Shown here: piece after piece, positions 50,047 to 59,608 of the stretch
Numbering within the stretch: position 1 is the stretch's first letter
How the letters are laid out: each line of letters opens with the position of its first letter
Assembly: GCA_963847665.1 (NCBI GenBank)
Contig: CAWKAO010000003.1
Span: forward strand, 569,362-633,361
Source: an uncultured Actinomycetes bacterium
GTDB taxonomy: Bacteria; Actinomycetota; Humimicrobiia; Humimicrobiales; Humimicrobiaceae
DNA length: 64,000 nucleotides
Reading direction: 5' to 3'
Notes under the pieces: model-generated
Told to the model about the DNA's origin: nothing
Databases searched by the model: none
The model's input: only the letters and a program-made list of their open reading frames with translations
Position numbers and translations under genes: made by a program

Positions 50047-50116
50047 CTCAATGATCATAAATAATTAAAATGTTCGTTATTTTATACTAGTAAGAAAATA
50101 AGAAAGCAGGCTGTTA

Positions 50117-50497
50117 ATGAGGTTGATAGATTCAAGATTTTTAAGAGATGGCGCTGTAGATCATCCTTATGAGGATAATCCCGGTTTTATTGCAAAGATC
50201 AATACATTCTTTTACTCCAGGGATAAAAAATCTGTCATGGGATACTGGGAAGCACCGGTGGGCTGGTTTACTGCTGAGATAGGGGAGCAGAGTGAATTAA
50301 ACTATATTGTTGAGGGTAGCATAGAGTTGATCGATCTCAAAACGCAAGAAAAGAAGATCACTGCTAAAAAAGGAGATGTTTTTCTTGTAGAACCGGGTGA
50401 TGATCTTAAGTGGGTCGTGACAGACCCGATCAGGACGATCTTCTTCATCTATCCCGCTTCTAAGGAAATTGTAGATTTTTTCAAAAGTTTAAAATAA
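50117..50497 (+). CDS. small cupin-fold protein
   Basis: 126 aa with a typical cupin beta-barrel pattern (GDVFLVEPGDDLKW). Confidence 0.5.
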   Translation: MRLIDSRFLRDGAVDHPYEDNPGFIAKINTFFYSRDKKSVMGYWEAPVGWFTAEIGEQSELNYIVEGSIELIDLKTQEKKITAKKGDVFLVEPGDDLKWVVTDPIRTIFFIYPASKEIVDFFKSLK

Positions 50498-50527
50498 CTA
50501 TATGATCATCAAAAAGAGGTGAAAAAA

Positions 50528-51553
50528 ATGCTTAAAATGGGAATCATAGGTATGGGGAAAATGGCGGTAGCGCATGCTGATTGGATCATAGCCAATAAGG
50601 ATATGGAACTTGTAGCAATATGTGAAAAGAACGAAGCAAGGCATGAAGAGATAAAAAAGCAGTACAATGTACCTGTTTTTTCTGATGTAGATGAAATGCT
50701 GAAAACTACCGGTCTTGACATGGTGGTGATAGTCACCACAAATGAGGTACATGAGATGCTGACCATAAAAGCACTCAACAGTGGAAAAGATGTAATCGTT
50801 GAAAAACCCATGAGCATATCTTATGAGAGTACCCAAAAGATGATAAAAGCAGCAGAAAAAAATAAAAAACAGATCTTTGTCCACCAGTCAAGCCGATGGG
50901 ACAGGGATTTTCTTTTAATAAAAGACATGATAGCTTCAGGACTTATAGGCGATATCCTGGTCTTAAAGACTTTTGTGATGTACTGTGATGAAGGATGGCC
51001 CAGCTGGGGAATAGACGGTATGGGGAATCCATGGAGGATAAAAAAAGAATTTTACGGAGGCATGCTTCTTGACTGGGGTCCTCATCTTGTGGACCAGACA
51101 ATCCAGATAATGGGAAAAGACCCTGCAGGAGTCTATGGCATTCTCCAGAATGCAGTCTGGTCAAAAGAAGTGGACGATCATTTTTTGGCAATTCTTAAAT
51201 ATGATAATAATGTGTACTGCCAGCTTGAATGCAGTAATAACAGCAGGATAACACTTCCAAGATGGCATATCATAGGTACAAAGGGCACCATTGAAGTCAA
51301 GGGCAAACCCGAACCATTCTGGGATGAAGTCGAAATCAATTATATTAAAAAGAACGGAAAAAATGACATCCAGACCACAAAACTGGTCGGTATTAAAGAA
51401 TCAGGTCTTGAAGGCGGTTTTTATGATGACCTGATACCATATATGAAAGGCAAAAAGAAGGCTTTTGTCACGATGTATGAAGCAAGTAAGGTCATAAGGG
51501 TACTTGACCTTATCAGGGAGTCCAGCGAAAAAGGTGCTTTTATAAAATTTTGA
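50528..51553 (+). CDS. Gfo/Idh/MocA-family NAD(P)-dependent oxidoreductase
   Basis: N-terminal Rossmann GIIGMGKMA and a C-terminal Gfo/Idh/MocA domain. ATG at 50528 is preceded by SD AGAGGTG. Confidence 0.8.
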   Translation: MLKMGIIGMGKMAVAHADWIIANKDMELVAICEKNEARHEEIKKQYNVPVFSDVDEMLKTTGLDMVVIVTTNEVHEMLTIKALNSGKDVIVEKPMSISYESTQKMIKAAEKNKKQIFVHQSSRWDRDFLLIKDMIASGLIGDILVLKTFVMYCDEGWPSWGIDGMGNPWRIKKEFYGGMLLDWGPHLVDQTIQIMGKDPAGVYGILQNAVWSKEVDDHFLAILKYDNNVYCQLECSNNSRITLPRWHIIGTKGTIEVKGKPEPFWDEVEINYIKKNGKNDIQTTKLVGIKESGLEGGFYDDLIPYMKGKKKAFVTMYEASKVIRVLDLIRESSEKGAFIKF

Positions 51554-51584
51554 TAAATATTTTTCAGAAAGAGGAGCAGATAAA

Positions 51585-52941
51585 ATGTCAAAGAGAGCGG
51601 CACAATGGGGCGAGGAAGCAAAGACAATTTCAAAAATACTTGAGAAATCTCCTGATATAGACAAATCAAAGAGGATAACAACAGCAGAATTTAAAAAGCG
51701 ACAGCAGAATGTCATGGATGCTCTTTCTGCAAATGGAATAGACTGTGCATTTGTATACTCGAATGAACATTATAACGGGGATGTACCCTATCTGGGGGGA
51801 AATACAAACATCTCTATAGAACCGGTTGCAGGTGTTATCGGTAAGGGTGGTTTTCATATGCTTGCAGGACTGGAGGGCGGTTATGTAGCTGAGCAGCTTG
51901 CCGGAAGGGCAGGGATCAAGGTCCATAAAGTAGAGATGCTCAAGCTTGCTGATGAGGAATATCCGGTGGACGCAGAAAAGTTCGAGGATGTCATTGAAGA
52001 GGCAGCTGGAGGAAGGCCAAAAGTAGTAGGGTTGCTTACACCAAGGGCGGTCTTTCCGGTAGATATGTATGAATTCATTCTTGAATATCTTGGCAGTTCA
52101 GGAAAAGTGGTCGATGCCCAGGAACTTTACTATAAGATCAAATATGAAAAAAGTGAAATGGAAATGGACCTTATAAGGGATGCAAGCCTCATCTGTGATG
52201 AGATGCTAAAAGGGATGCTTGCAGTATTAAAACCCGGGATGCTGGAAACGGAAGTAGCGGGCTGGGGATATGCAATAGGCCAGGAGCTTGGTTCTGAAGA
52301 ATTTGGATTTGATGTAATGGTGACAGCAAATGAGGCAAACAGGACCCTTATAGGCAAAGCTTTAAACCGCCCGATAATCGAAGGTGATATTGTACATCTC
52401 GGAGTTGCCCCAAAAAGAGATGGACTTACCGCTTGTGAGCGGGTAAGCGTTGTCGCAACATCATGACCCTAAAAATATAACATCGCAGCAGAAATACTGG
52501 ATCAGTTTTATTGAAGAAGCTTTTAAAGTCGGTCTTGAAGCATATAAAAAAGTCGCTGCTGAAAATCTTCCTGCAAAACTGCAGGAGCAGGCTCTTGAAA
52601 ACTATTTTAAATCCAGGGAAGAAGAAGTGTCAAAAATGATCGGGAAAAAGATAGACCTGGTAAGGCAAAAACCATATACAGGCACACATAATGCGGGTTA
52701 TACAGAATGCCAGGAATTCTATGGTGCAATAACCCTTAACTCAGAAGAACCGCTTGGTAACAGGATAGTGACAATGCTCGATGTCGCTGTAAGGGGAGTC
52801 GGAAATAAATGGGATGATATCGTCATCCCTGGTCTTGATTTTGTACTTGTAGAAAAGACTCTCGGTAAGTTCGGTAAACAGGTGGAAGTATTAAATAAGT
52901 TACCAATAAATGTACAGCATCTGGTCGGGGCAAGGTATTGA
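51585..52941 (+). pseudogene. second M24-family creatinase-like hydrolase, frameshifted near 52450-52462
   Basis: ORF 51585-52466 has the creatinase-N domain plus the first half of the pita-bread fold. ORF 52450-52941 in the +1 frame carries the remainder (YTGTHNAGYTECQEF...). Confidence 0.7.
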
Positions 52942-52981
52942 AAAGAAATTATAGAATTATTAGTCAGGAGGAAAATAAAAA

Positions 52982-53944
52982 ATGGGTGAAGAACTTAAAA
53001 AGGAATTGCTGTTAAGTCTCTATGAGGGAATGCTGAAAATAAGACTATTTGAACGGACACAGTCAAAAGTCTATAAAACCGAACAGGAAGGTTTTACGCA
53101 TCTTTATATCGGGGAAGAGGCCATAGCCACTGGTGTCTGCGCAAATCTAAATAAAGATGATTACATCACAAGCACACATAGAGGGCACGGGCATATGATT
53201 GCCAAAGGTGGAAATATGAAAAAGATGATGGCTGAACTCTATGGAAGGATCGACGGCACCTGCAAGGGTAAAAGCGGCTCCCTGCACATAGCCGACTTCA
53301 GTATCGGGGTGCTTGGTGCAAACGGGATTGTAAGTGCAGGGATTCCTATAGCGACAGGAGCCGGGTATTCCATAAAATATAGAAATACAAAACAGGTGGC
53401 AGTTGCATTTTTTGGTGATGGTGCGACAACCCAGGGAGGTTTTCATGAAGCTGTAAATATGGCAGCAGCTTGGGAGCTACCGGTAGTCTTTGTAATAGAG
53501 AACAACATGTATCTTGTCGGAACCCGTTTTGACAGGGTCTGCAAGGTCTGTGACAATCTTGCCGCCAAAGCAGCAGGTTATGGCATACCGGGTTTTAACC
53601 TCGATGGAAACGATGTTGAAGAAGTATACAAGTTTTCAAAAGAAGCAATAGAAAGAGCAAGGAGCGGAAATGGTCCGACACTTCTTAACTGCTTTACATA
53701 CAGACAGCATACCCATTTTGAAGGAGACCTTGATGTGAGGGATAAAAAAGAAGTCGAGGAATGGCTTGCAATGGACCCGGTAAAGAGATTTGAGGAAAAA
53801 TTGCTTAAAGAAAAGGTAGTGGATGAAAAAACCATCAAGGATTACAGGGAGAGGGTTCAGAAAATGGTCGATGAAGCGGTAGACTTTGCAAGAAAGAGCC
53901 CAAAACCCACACCGGATATTGCGGTTGAAGACGCATATGTTTAA
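52982..53944 (+). CDS. TPP-dependent 2-oxoacid/acetoin dehydrogenase E1 alpha subunit
   Basis: TPP-binding motif GDGATTQG...NN and an E1 alpha fold. Length is 320 aa. Confidence 0.85.
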   Translation: MGEELKKELLLSLYEGMLKIRLFERTQSKVYKTEQEGFTHLYIGEEAIATGVCANLNKDDYITSTHRGHGHMIAKGGNMKKMMAELYGRIDGTCKGKSGSLHIADFSIGVLGANGIVSAGIPIATGAGYSIKYRNTKQVAVAFFGDGATTQGGFHEAVNMAAAWELPVVFVIENNMYLVGTRFDRVCKVCDNLAAKAAGYGIPGFNLDGNDVEEVYKFSKEAIERARSGNGPTLLNCFTYRQHTHFEGDLDVRDKKEVEEWLAMDPVKRFEEKLLKEKVVDEKTIKDYRERVQKMVDEAVDFARKSPKPTPDIAVEDAYV

Positions 53945-53983
53945 AAAAATATTCTTAAGAATTTTTATCAGGGAGGATAAATA

Positions 53984-54958
53984 ATGATAGAGCTATCTTA
54001 CAGAGAAGTGATCAGGGAAGCAATGCGGGAAGAAATGAGAAGGGATAAAAGTATCTTCATTCTGGGGACAGATGTCGGGCCCTATGGTGGAGAGTTCAGG
54101 GTAACGGGTGATCTCCATTCTGAATTTGGTGAATGGCGCGTAAAGGACACACCCATATCGGAGCAGGCTATAATCGGCTGCAGTCTTGGTGCTGCGGTTA
54201 CAGGTCTGCGTCCTATTGCTGAAATACCTTTTAATGATTTTATCGCCATGCCGATGGATCAGATCGTCAACCAGGTCGCAAAATTCCGCCATACTTTTGG
54301 GGGCCAGTGCACAGTCCCGCTGGTAATAAGGACTGCGATCGGAGGGTATATCAGGGCTGCCCAGCAGCATTCGCAGTGCCTTGAAGCGTGGTTTGTACAT
54401 GTGCCCGGTTTAAAAGTCGTTGCGCCTTCTACCCACTACGATGCAAAGGGCCTGCTTAAGACAGCTATCCGTGATGATAACCCGATTATTTTTATAGAAC
54501 ATAAATATATGTATCCCATGAAAGGTATGGTACCCGAGGAAGAGTATACTATCCCACTTGGTGTCGCTGATATCAAGAAAGAAGGAAAAGATGTCACACT
54601 TATATCCTACTCATATCTTATCCATAAATGTTTAAGTGTTGCAAATAAACTGGAGAAAGAAGGTATTTCTGTTGAGGTGGTCGATCCAAGGACACTATCT
54701 CCTCTTGATAAGGATACCATACTGGGCTCGGTTAAAAAGACTGGTAGAGCGGTTGTAGCGCATGAAGCCCATCTGAGGGGCGGAGTAGGCGCAGAGATTG
54801 CAGCGATCATCGCTGATGAAGGTTTTGAATATCTTGACGCGCCGGTAAAAAGAGTCGGTGCAAAGGATACACCGATACCATTTCCTTCTGTTCTTGAAGA
54901 TGTAGTACTTCCGCAGGAAGCAGATATCGAAAATGCAATAAGGGAAACATTAAAATAA
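53984..54958 (+). CDS. 2-oxoacid/acetoin dehydrogenase E1 beta subunit (transketolase-like)
   Basis: 324-aa transketolase Pyr and C-terminal domains. No E2 or E3 genes follow. Confidence 0.85.
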   Translation: MIELSYREVIREAMREEMRRDKSIFILGTDVGPYGGEFRVTGDLHSEFGEWRVKDTPISEQAIIGCSLGAAVTGLRPIAEIPFNDFIAMPMDQIVNQVAKFRHTFGGQCTVPLVIRTAIGGYIRAAQQHSQCLEAWFVHVPGLKVVAPSTHYDAKGLLKTAIRDDNPIIFIEHKYMYPMKGMVPEEEYTIPLGVADIKKEGKDVTLISYSYLIHKCLSVANKLEKEGISVEVVDPRTLSPLDKDTILGSVKKTGRAVVAHEAHLRGGVGAEIAAIIADEGFEYLDAPVKRVGAKDTPIPFPSVLEDVVLPQEADIENAIRETLK

Positions 54959-55162
54959 ATATGCAGTAATATTGTATTTTGCTAAATAGTTTTTAATTTC
55001 TTTTTATTGGAGTAGCTGGTCGTAAAAGAAATAATGATAGAAGATGACAAATGAAAATATATTATCTGCTATTTAAATACGAAAAAATTTAAAAGTGTAA
55101 ACCTCAAAAGGAAATTTCTTTGCTAATCTAAAATAGTCAAAATATATACTTTTCTAACTAAT

Positions 55163-55945
55163 ATGAACCCAGATATTTTAAACAAAAAACATCTTATTAA
55201 TAATCTTGAGAATAATATTTATAATTTCAAGCTGAATATCGCAAGGTCCTCAAATAAGATCGTCAATGTACAGCCTTTTTTCAAATGGGTAAATTGTGCT
55301 CCATCGAGATGGCCGAACCAGATACTCGATGTTAATATAAGTGATGACATCGTGGATGAAAAGATAGATTACATAAAAGAAAATATACTCAAAGGCGACG
55401 CTCCAAATTACCTCTTTCTCGGACCAAGGGCATATTCAAAAAGGTTTGAAACACAGCTGTTAAGAAAAGGTTTTACACAATTTACCCGCTGGTCCGGCAT
55501 GATATTGAAGCTGGAAGATAGAAATGTTTTTCCTGGATCCATAGAGGATTTCAAAATAAAGACTGTAAGTAGTATTGGTGAACTTAAAATATGGTCCTCA
55601 ATTCTTAATGAAGCTATGTTTGGCGGCGGTTTTGAGGGCGCGGATCTATTTGCTAACTTATATAAGACCAGTGATGTAATTCTATATCTGGGGATGTATG
55701 GGGATACGCCTGTTGCGACATCCTGTGTTTTTTTTGACTCAAAGATAGCAGGGCTTTTTCTTATATCGACAAGGCCGGAATACAGAAATAGGGGATTTGG
55801 AACAAGGATGACAGCTGCCCCATTGGATGCTGCCAGCAAGAAAGGCATTATCTACTCAGGTCTTTATGCAACTGTTTTGGGTGAGAGGGTATACAAAAAA
55901 TTAGGTTTTTCAAAATATTGTGATTTTTTTATATATTACATCTGA
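55163..55945 (+). CDS. GNAT-family N-acetyltransferase with an N-terminal extension
   Basis: C-terminal motif A RNRGFG and a GNAT fold. The N-terminal roughly 140 aa are of unknown function. Confidence 0.55.
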   Translation: MNPDILNKKHLINNLENNIYNFKLNIARSSNKIVNVQPFFKWVNCAPSRWPNQILDVNISDDIVDEKIDYIKENILKGDAPNYLFLGPRAYSKRFETQLLRKGFTQFTRWSGMILKLEDRNVFPGSIEDFKIKTVSSIGELKIWSSILNEAMFGGGFEGADLFANLYKTSDVILYLGMYGDTPVATSCVFFDSKIAGLFLISTRPEYRNRGFGTRMTAAPLDAASKKGIIYSGLYATVLGERVYKKLGFSKYCDFFIYYI

Positions 55946-56023
55946 TTAATATATTGGAGTTTATTAATAAGCTTTACAGTTATAAAATTAGCAGTATAGA
56001 AATATTAAGTAGTAGGGATATAA

Positions 56024-56863
56024 GTGGCTGGTCAAACAGATAAAATTATAATCAAAGACCCGGACCTGATAATGGATAACAAAAAAAAGGTGCATCTTCT
56101 GGATACCAGCAGCGACTTATATGATGATATAGCTTTAAGAATGATAAGCAAGTTAAAAGAAAACAATGATAAAAATAAAAGTACAGTATTTATCTTACCC
56201 GTCGGACCAAGGGGCCAATATGTCAGATTTGCCCGGAGATGCAATGAAGAGAATATCCCTTGCAGCAATCTGGTAACAATCAATATGGATGAATTTTTAG
56301 ATGAGAACGATAACTATTTTCCTGAATCCAGTCCTTTTAGCTTCAGGGGCTTTATGAAAAAAAACCTTTTTGATCTGCTGGAAGAAAATGTAAAAATAAA
56401 ACCAGAAAATATTATTTTTCCTGACCCAGTAGATCCAGGACGGATATATGAACTTCTAACCAATTTTAAAGGAGCTGATATCTGCTTTGCCGGTGTAGGG
56501 ATCAATGGCCATATAGCTTTCAATGAACCTTTATCGGAAAAGCAAATATCAGCTGTAGAATTTAAAAAACTAAGGACCAGGATCTTAGATCTTGATAAAG
56601 AGACTATTATAATGACCAGTTTAAAGCATGGGGGACATATAGAAAAAATCCCCGGAAGGTGTATTACGATCGGGATTGCAGAAATAATGTTATCAAAGGA
56701 GATCAGTATTTATCTTGAACATGCTCATCAGGCTGCTATTTTTGAAAAAATATTACACTATCAGCAGACACCCGAGTGTCCGGTCACACTATTAAAGGAT
56801 CACCCTGGTTTTTCCTTAACGATAACAAGAGAGGTCCTTGATAGTTTCAAAAAAAATAATTAA
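56024..56863 (+). CDS. glucosamine-6-phosphate deaminase/isomerase (NagB) family protein
   Basis: Motifs PVGPRG and GVGINGHIAFNEP are typical of the NagB / 6-phosphogluconolactonase family. Confidence 0.7.
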   Translation: MAGQTDKIIIKDPDLIMDNKKKVHLLDTSSDLYDDIALRMISKLKENNDKNKSTVFILPVGPRGQYVRFARRCNEENIPCSNLVTINMDEFLDENDNYFPESSPFSFRGFMKKNLFDLLEENVKIKPENIIFPDPVDPGRIYELLTNFKGADICFAGVGINGHIAFNEPLSEKQISAVEFKKLRTRILDLDKETIIMTSLKHGGHIEKIPGRCITIGIAEIMLSKEISIYLEHAHQAAIFEKILHYQQTPECPVTLLKDHPGFSLTITREVLDSFKKNN

Positions 56864-56879
56864 TTAAGGGAGGTTTATT

Positions 56880-57920
56880 ATGAGTGAAAAAATGAAAGCA
56901 TTGCGAAAGTTAAAAGAAGGTAAAGGAAATATGGCCATAGAAGAGGTGCCAATTCCTGATATAAAACCACATGAAGTCCTGATGAAAGTCTGGGCAGCCG
57001 GGGTATGCGGTAGTGACCTGCTTATAGAGGACGACAAGCATTTCTACAAAGCACCGGTCACGCTTGCCCATGAGTTTTCAGGGGTTGCTTACAGGGTAGG
57101 AAGCGATGTAAAAAATATAAAAGAAGGTGACCACATAGTCGCAGATATAGAAACTGAGACCGGGTGGCTTGGTGTCACGAGGGATGGTGCATATGCACCT
57201 TTTATGTCACTTCCAGAAAGAGTCGCATACAAGGTACCAGCTGATTTTAATCTTGACTATGCTGCGATGACAGAGCTTGTAACAGCGATCATACACATAA
57301 TGCAGGAACGTACAAATGTCAAAGCAGGGGATTTTGTCGTTGTGGTCGGCCCGGGGCCTATGGGACTTTTAGGGGTCCAGTTTGCAAAGATAAGGGGAGC
57401 TTCAAAAGTAGCATTAATAGGGCTTAAAAAGGACCAGAAGAGGCTTGATATCGGAAAGAAGACAGGTGCAGACTATATCCTTTATTCTGATGAAAACCCT
57501 GAGAAGAAAATAATGGAACTGACAGATGGCATGGGAGCTGATTATGTACTTGAAGCAGCAGGTGCAAGGAAAGGAAATAATATTGTTGGTGCACAGCATG
57601 CAATAGATTGCGCAAGGCGCGCATATGAAGGTCCCGGCGGTAAGGGTCAATGTGCATTTATAAGTCTCTGGGGTGAACCGATAGCACTTGATTTTGACCA
57701 GGTCTGCCTGGGCCAGCTTGAAATACATGGAAGCTGGAGCTGGAACGGTTCAGAGACATGGAAGAGGGCAGTTAATCTGATAACTGGTGGAGTATTTGAT
57801 CTTGAACCTTTGCTTACCGGCAGGTTTGAGCTGGATGAATGGAAAACTGCCTTCCAGAACCTTAGGGATGGAAAGGACATCAAGGCACTGATTTACCCGA
57901 ATGGAAAAGACTGGTTGTAA
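56880..57920 (+). CDS. zinc-dependent alcohol/polyol dehydrogenase (MDR family)
   Basis: GVCGSDL...HE motif and a GPGPMG Rossmann fold. Confidence 0.8.
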   Translation: MSEKMKALRKLKEGKGNMAIEEVPIPDIKPHEVLMKVWAAGVCGSDLLIEDDKHFYKAPVTLAHEFSGVAYRVGSDVKNIKEGDHIVADIETETGWLGVTRDGAYAPFMSLPERVAYKVPADFNLDYAAMTELVTAIIHIMQERTNVKAGDFVVVVGPGPMGLLGVQFAKIRGASKVALIGLKKDQKRLDIGKKTGADYILYSDENPEKKIMELTDGMGADYVLEAAGARKGNNIVGAQHAIDCARRAYEGPGGKGQCAFISLWGEPIALDFDQVCLGQLEIHGSWSWNGSETWKRAVNLITGGVFDLEPLLTGRFELDEWKTAFQNLRDGKDIKALIYPNGKDWL

Positions 57921-57974
57921 TTTAGGATTATAATATTTTTATATTTTGGAACCAGTGTAAACAAAATACTATGT

Positions 57975-59189
57975 TTATAAATAACACCAGCTGACTTTTT
58001 CAAGCCTGGAAAGTTTGGGTTCAAATGCGGCCGGCTTCCTGCCAAAGCATATTCCTGTTTTTTCATAAAATGATATCATAGCATCCTTGACGTGCCTTTG
58101 CCTGATAGCCTCCTCGGTGGGAATATACTCTACTATTCCATCATTGACACCAGTAACAGTGACACCTGTTATTCCGTTTACAAGAAGGACCACTGCGCCT
58201 GCACCGGTATCCTTACCGAAATTTGCATCAAGAGCGCTGGTGCTCCCTGAACGGACAAGATAACCCAGTACAGTCTCCCTGACCTGCGGGACCTCGTTCA
58301 TCTTTTCTACGTATAAGCCCTGGTCTTTCATGAACTGTATGAACTCAGGATCATTTTTTATCCTGTTTGTAAGGTTTTCCCGGACATATTTTCCTACTCC
58401 TGAAAGTTTCTTGTGTCCAAAAGAATCGACTGCCACAGAATCATCTATCACACATTCGCCCGTACAATCAGTCATACCTTCTGCAACAACGACCACATAT
58501 GTACCCGCCTTATAATCACTTTGACTCACGCGTCTGAAAAAAGTCTCCTTCAGATGTTTATATACAATATCAAAATCCATCGGGATCTCTGGTATAAGAA
58601 TACAATCAGCATCTGCTGCTATTCCTCCACGAAAAGCTGTATGTCCTGCATATCGGCCGAACACTTCTACTACCATGACCCTGTTGTGGCTGTTGCCTGT
58701 CGTTTTGAGCTCATTTATATATTGGGCAATCCTGTTTACAGCAGAATCTCCTCCGACAGAGTATGAATGGAGGTCCAGGTCCATAGTCTTGGGAACATGA
58801 ATGCAAGGTATGCCATTATTGTTAAGGTCCACTACTACACTTCCTGTGTCATCGCCGCCGGAGATTACAAGAGCTCCGATATTAAATTTTTTGAGGCCTG
58901 CAATGATCTTATCGTATTTATGGTCATCATCTATCTTTGATATCTTGACCCTGGAATTTCCAGCCTGGGAGCCTGCTGCCATGGATGGGATCTGTTCAAG
59001 TCTGTGAGTATCCATCTTTATGATGTTTCCGCTATCATAAAGGTTATATAGACCTGCATAGCCATTTGGGATCACATATGCTTCTATCCCGTAAGCAATA
59101 GCCATGCTTGCAGCACCCTTTACCACAGCGTTTAAGCCCCCGCAATCACCACCGCTTGTTATAATGCCTATTGATTTTTCCTTTAACAT
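57975..59189 (-). CDS. pfk: 6-phosphofructokinase (PFK-A family; ATP- or PPi-dependent)
   Basis: Motifs GIITSGGDCGGLN, GGDDT/GS and MVVEVFGRYAG. Length is 404 aa. Confidence 0.85.
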   Translation of the reverse strand: MLKEKSIGIITSGGDCGGLNAVVKGAASMAIAYGIEAYVIPNGYAGLYNLYDSGNIIKMDTHRLEQIPSMAAGSQAGNSRVKISKIDDDHKYDKIIAGLKKFNIGALVISGGDDTGSVVVDLNNNGIPCIHVPKTMDLDLHSYSVGGDSAVNRIAQYINELKTTGNSHNRVMVVEVFGRYAGHTAFRGGIAADADCILIPEIPMDFDIVYKHLKETFFRRVSQSDYKAGTYVVVVAEGMTDCTGECVIDDSVAVDSFGHKKLSGVGKYVRENLTNRIKNDPEFIQFMKDQGLYVEKMNEVPQVRETVLGYLVRSGSTSALDANFGKDTGAGAVVLLVNGITGVTVTGVNDGIVEYIPTEEAIRQRHVKDAMISFYEKTGICFGRKPAAFEPKLSRLEKVSWCYL

Positions 59190-59498
59190 CTTTGTCCTCT
59201 CTTTGCCTATATATTCTAGATCAGATTATTTTTTATTCTATTTAATATTTAAGCCTGTTTTTAAGCCATTTTAATATAGAAAAATATTTCTAAATAAATA
59301 TAGCATAAATCCTTTAAAAATTATGAAATTCTGCTGAAAAAATAAATATATTATAAATTACGGGATCCTATAAATAGCTATGATTTGTTTCAGGAGCTGG
59401 TATAAACTCAGAACACACTTTCAGGATATTAAAATCGGCTTTCACCAAAGGCTATAACAGAGTTGTCTATTAAATGGATCATAAGTTTTTGAAAACCC

Positions 59499-59529
59499 TT
59501 GACAATAATGTAGGTTAAAATGCTATAAT
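59499..59529 (+). promoter_or_regulatory. promoter of the ROK regulator gene (TTGACA ... extended -10 TGCTATAAT)
   Basis: TTGACA at 59499-59504 and TGnTATAAT at 59521-59529. Confidence 0.45.
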
Positions 59530-59536
59530 TATAAAC

Positions 59537-59559
59537 AACTTAGTTAATTTAACTAAGTT
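59537..59559 (+). promoter_or_regulatory. 23-bp palindromic operator AACTTAGTTAA-T-TTAACTAAGTT (XylR/ROK-type)
   Basis: Perfect 11-bp arms immediately downstream of the -10 element. Resembles known XylR-type operator half-sites (..TTAGTT / AACTAA..). Confidence 0.45.
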
Positions 59560-59608
59560 ATATTCTGATTTTGGAAATCACTGATTATTTTACTTTAATA
59601 ATTATATT

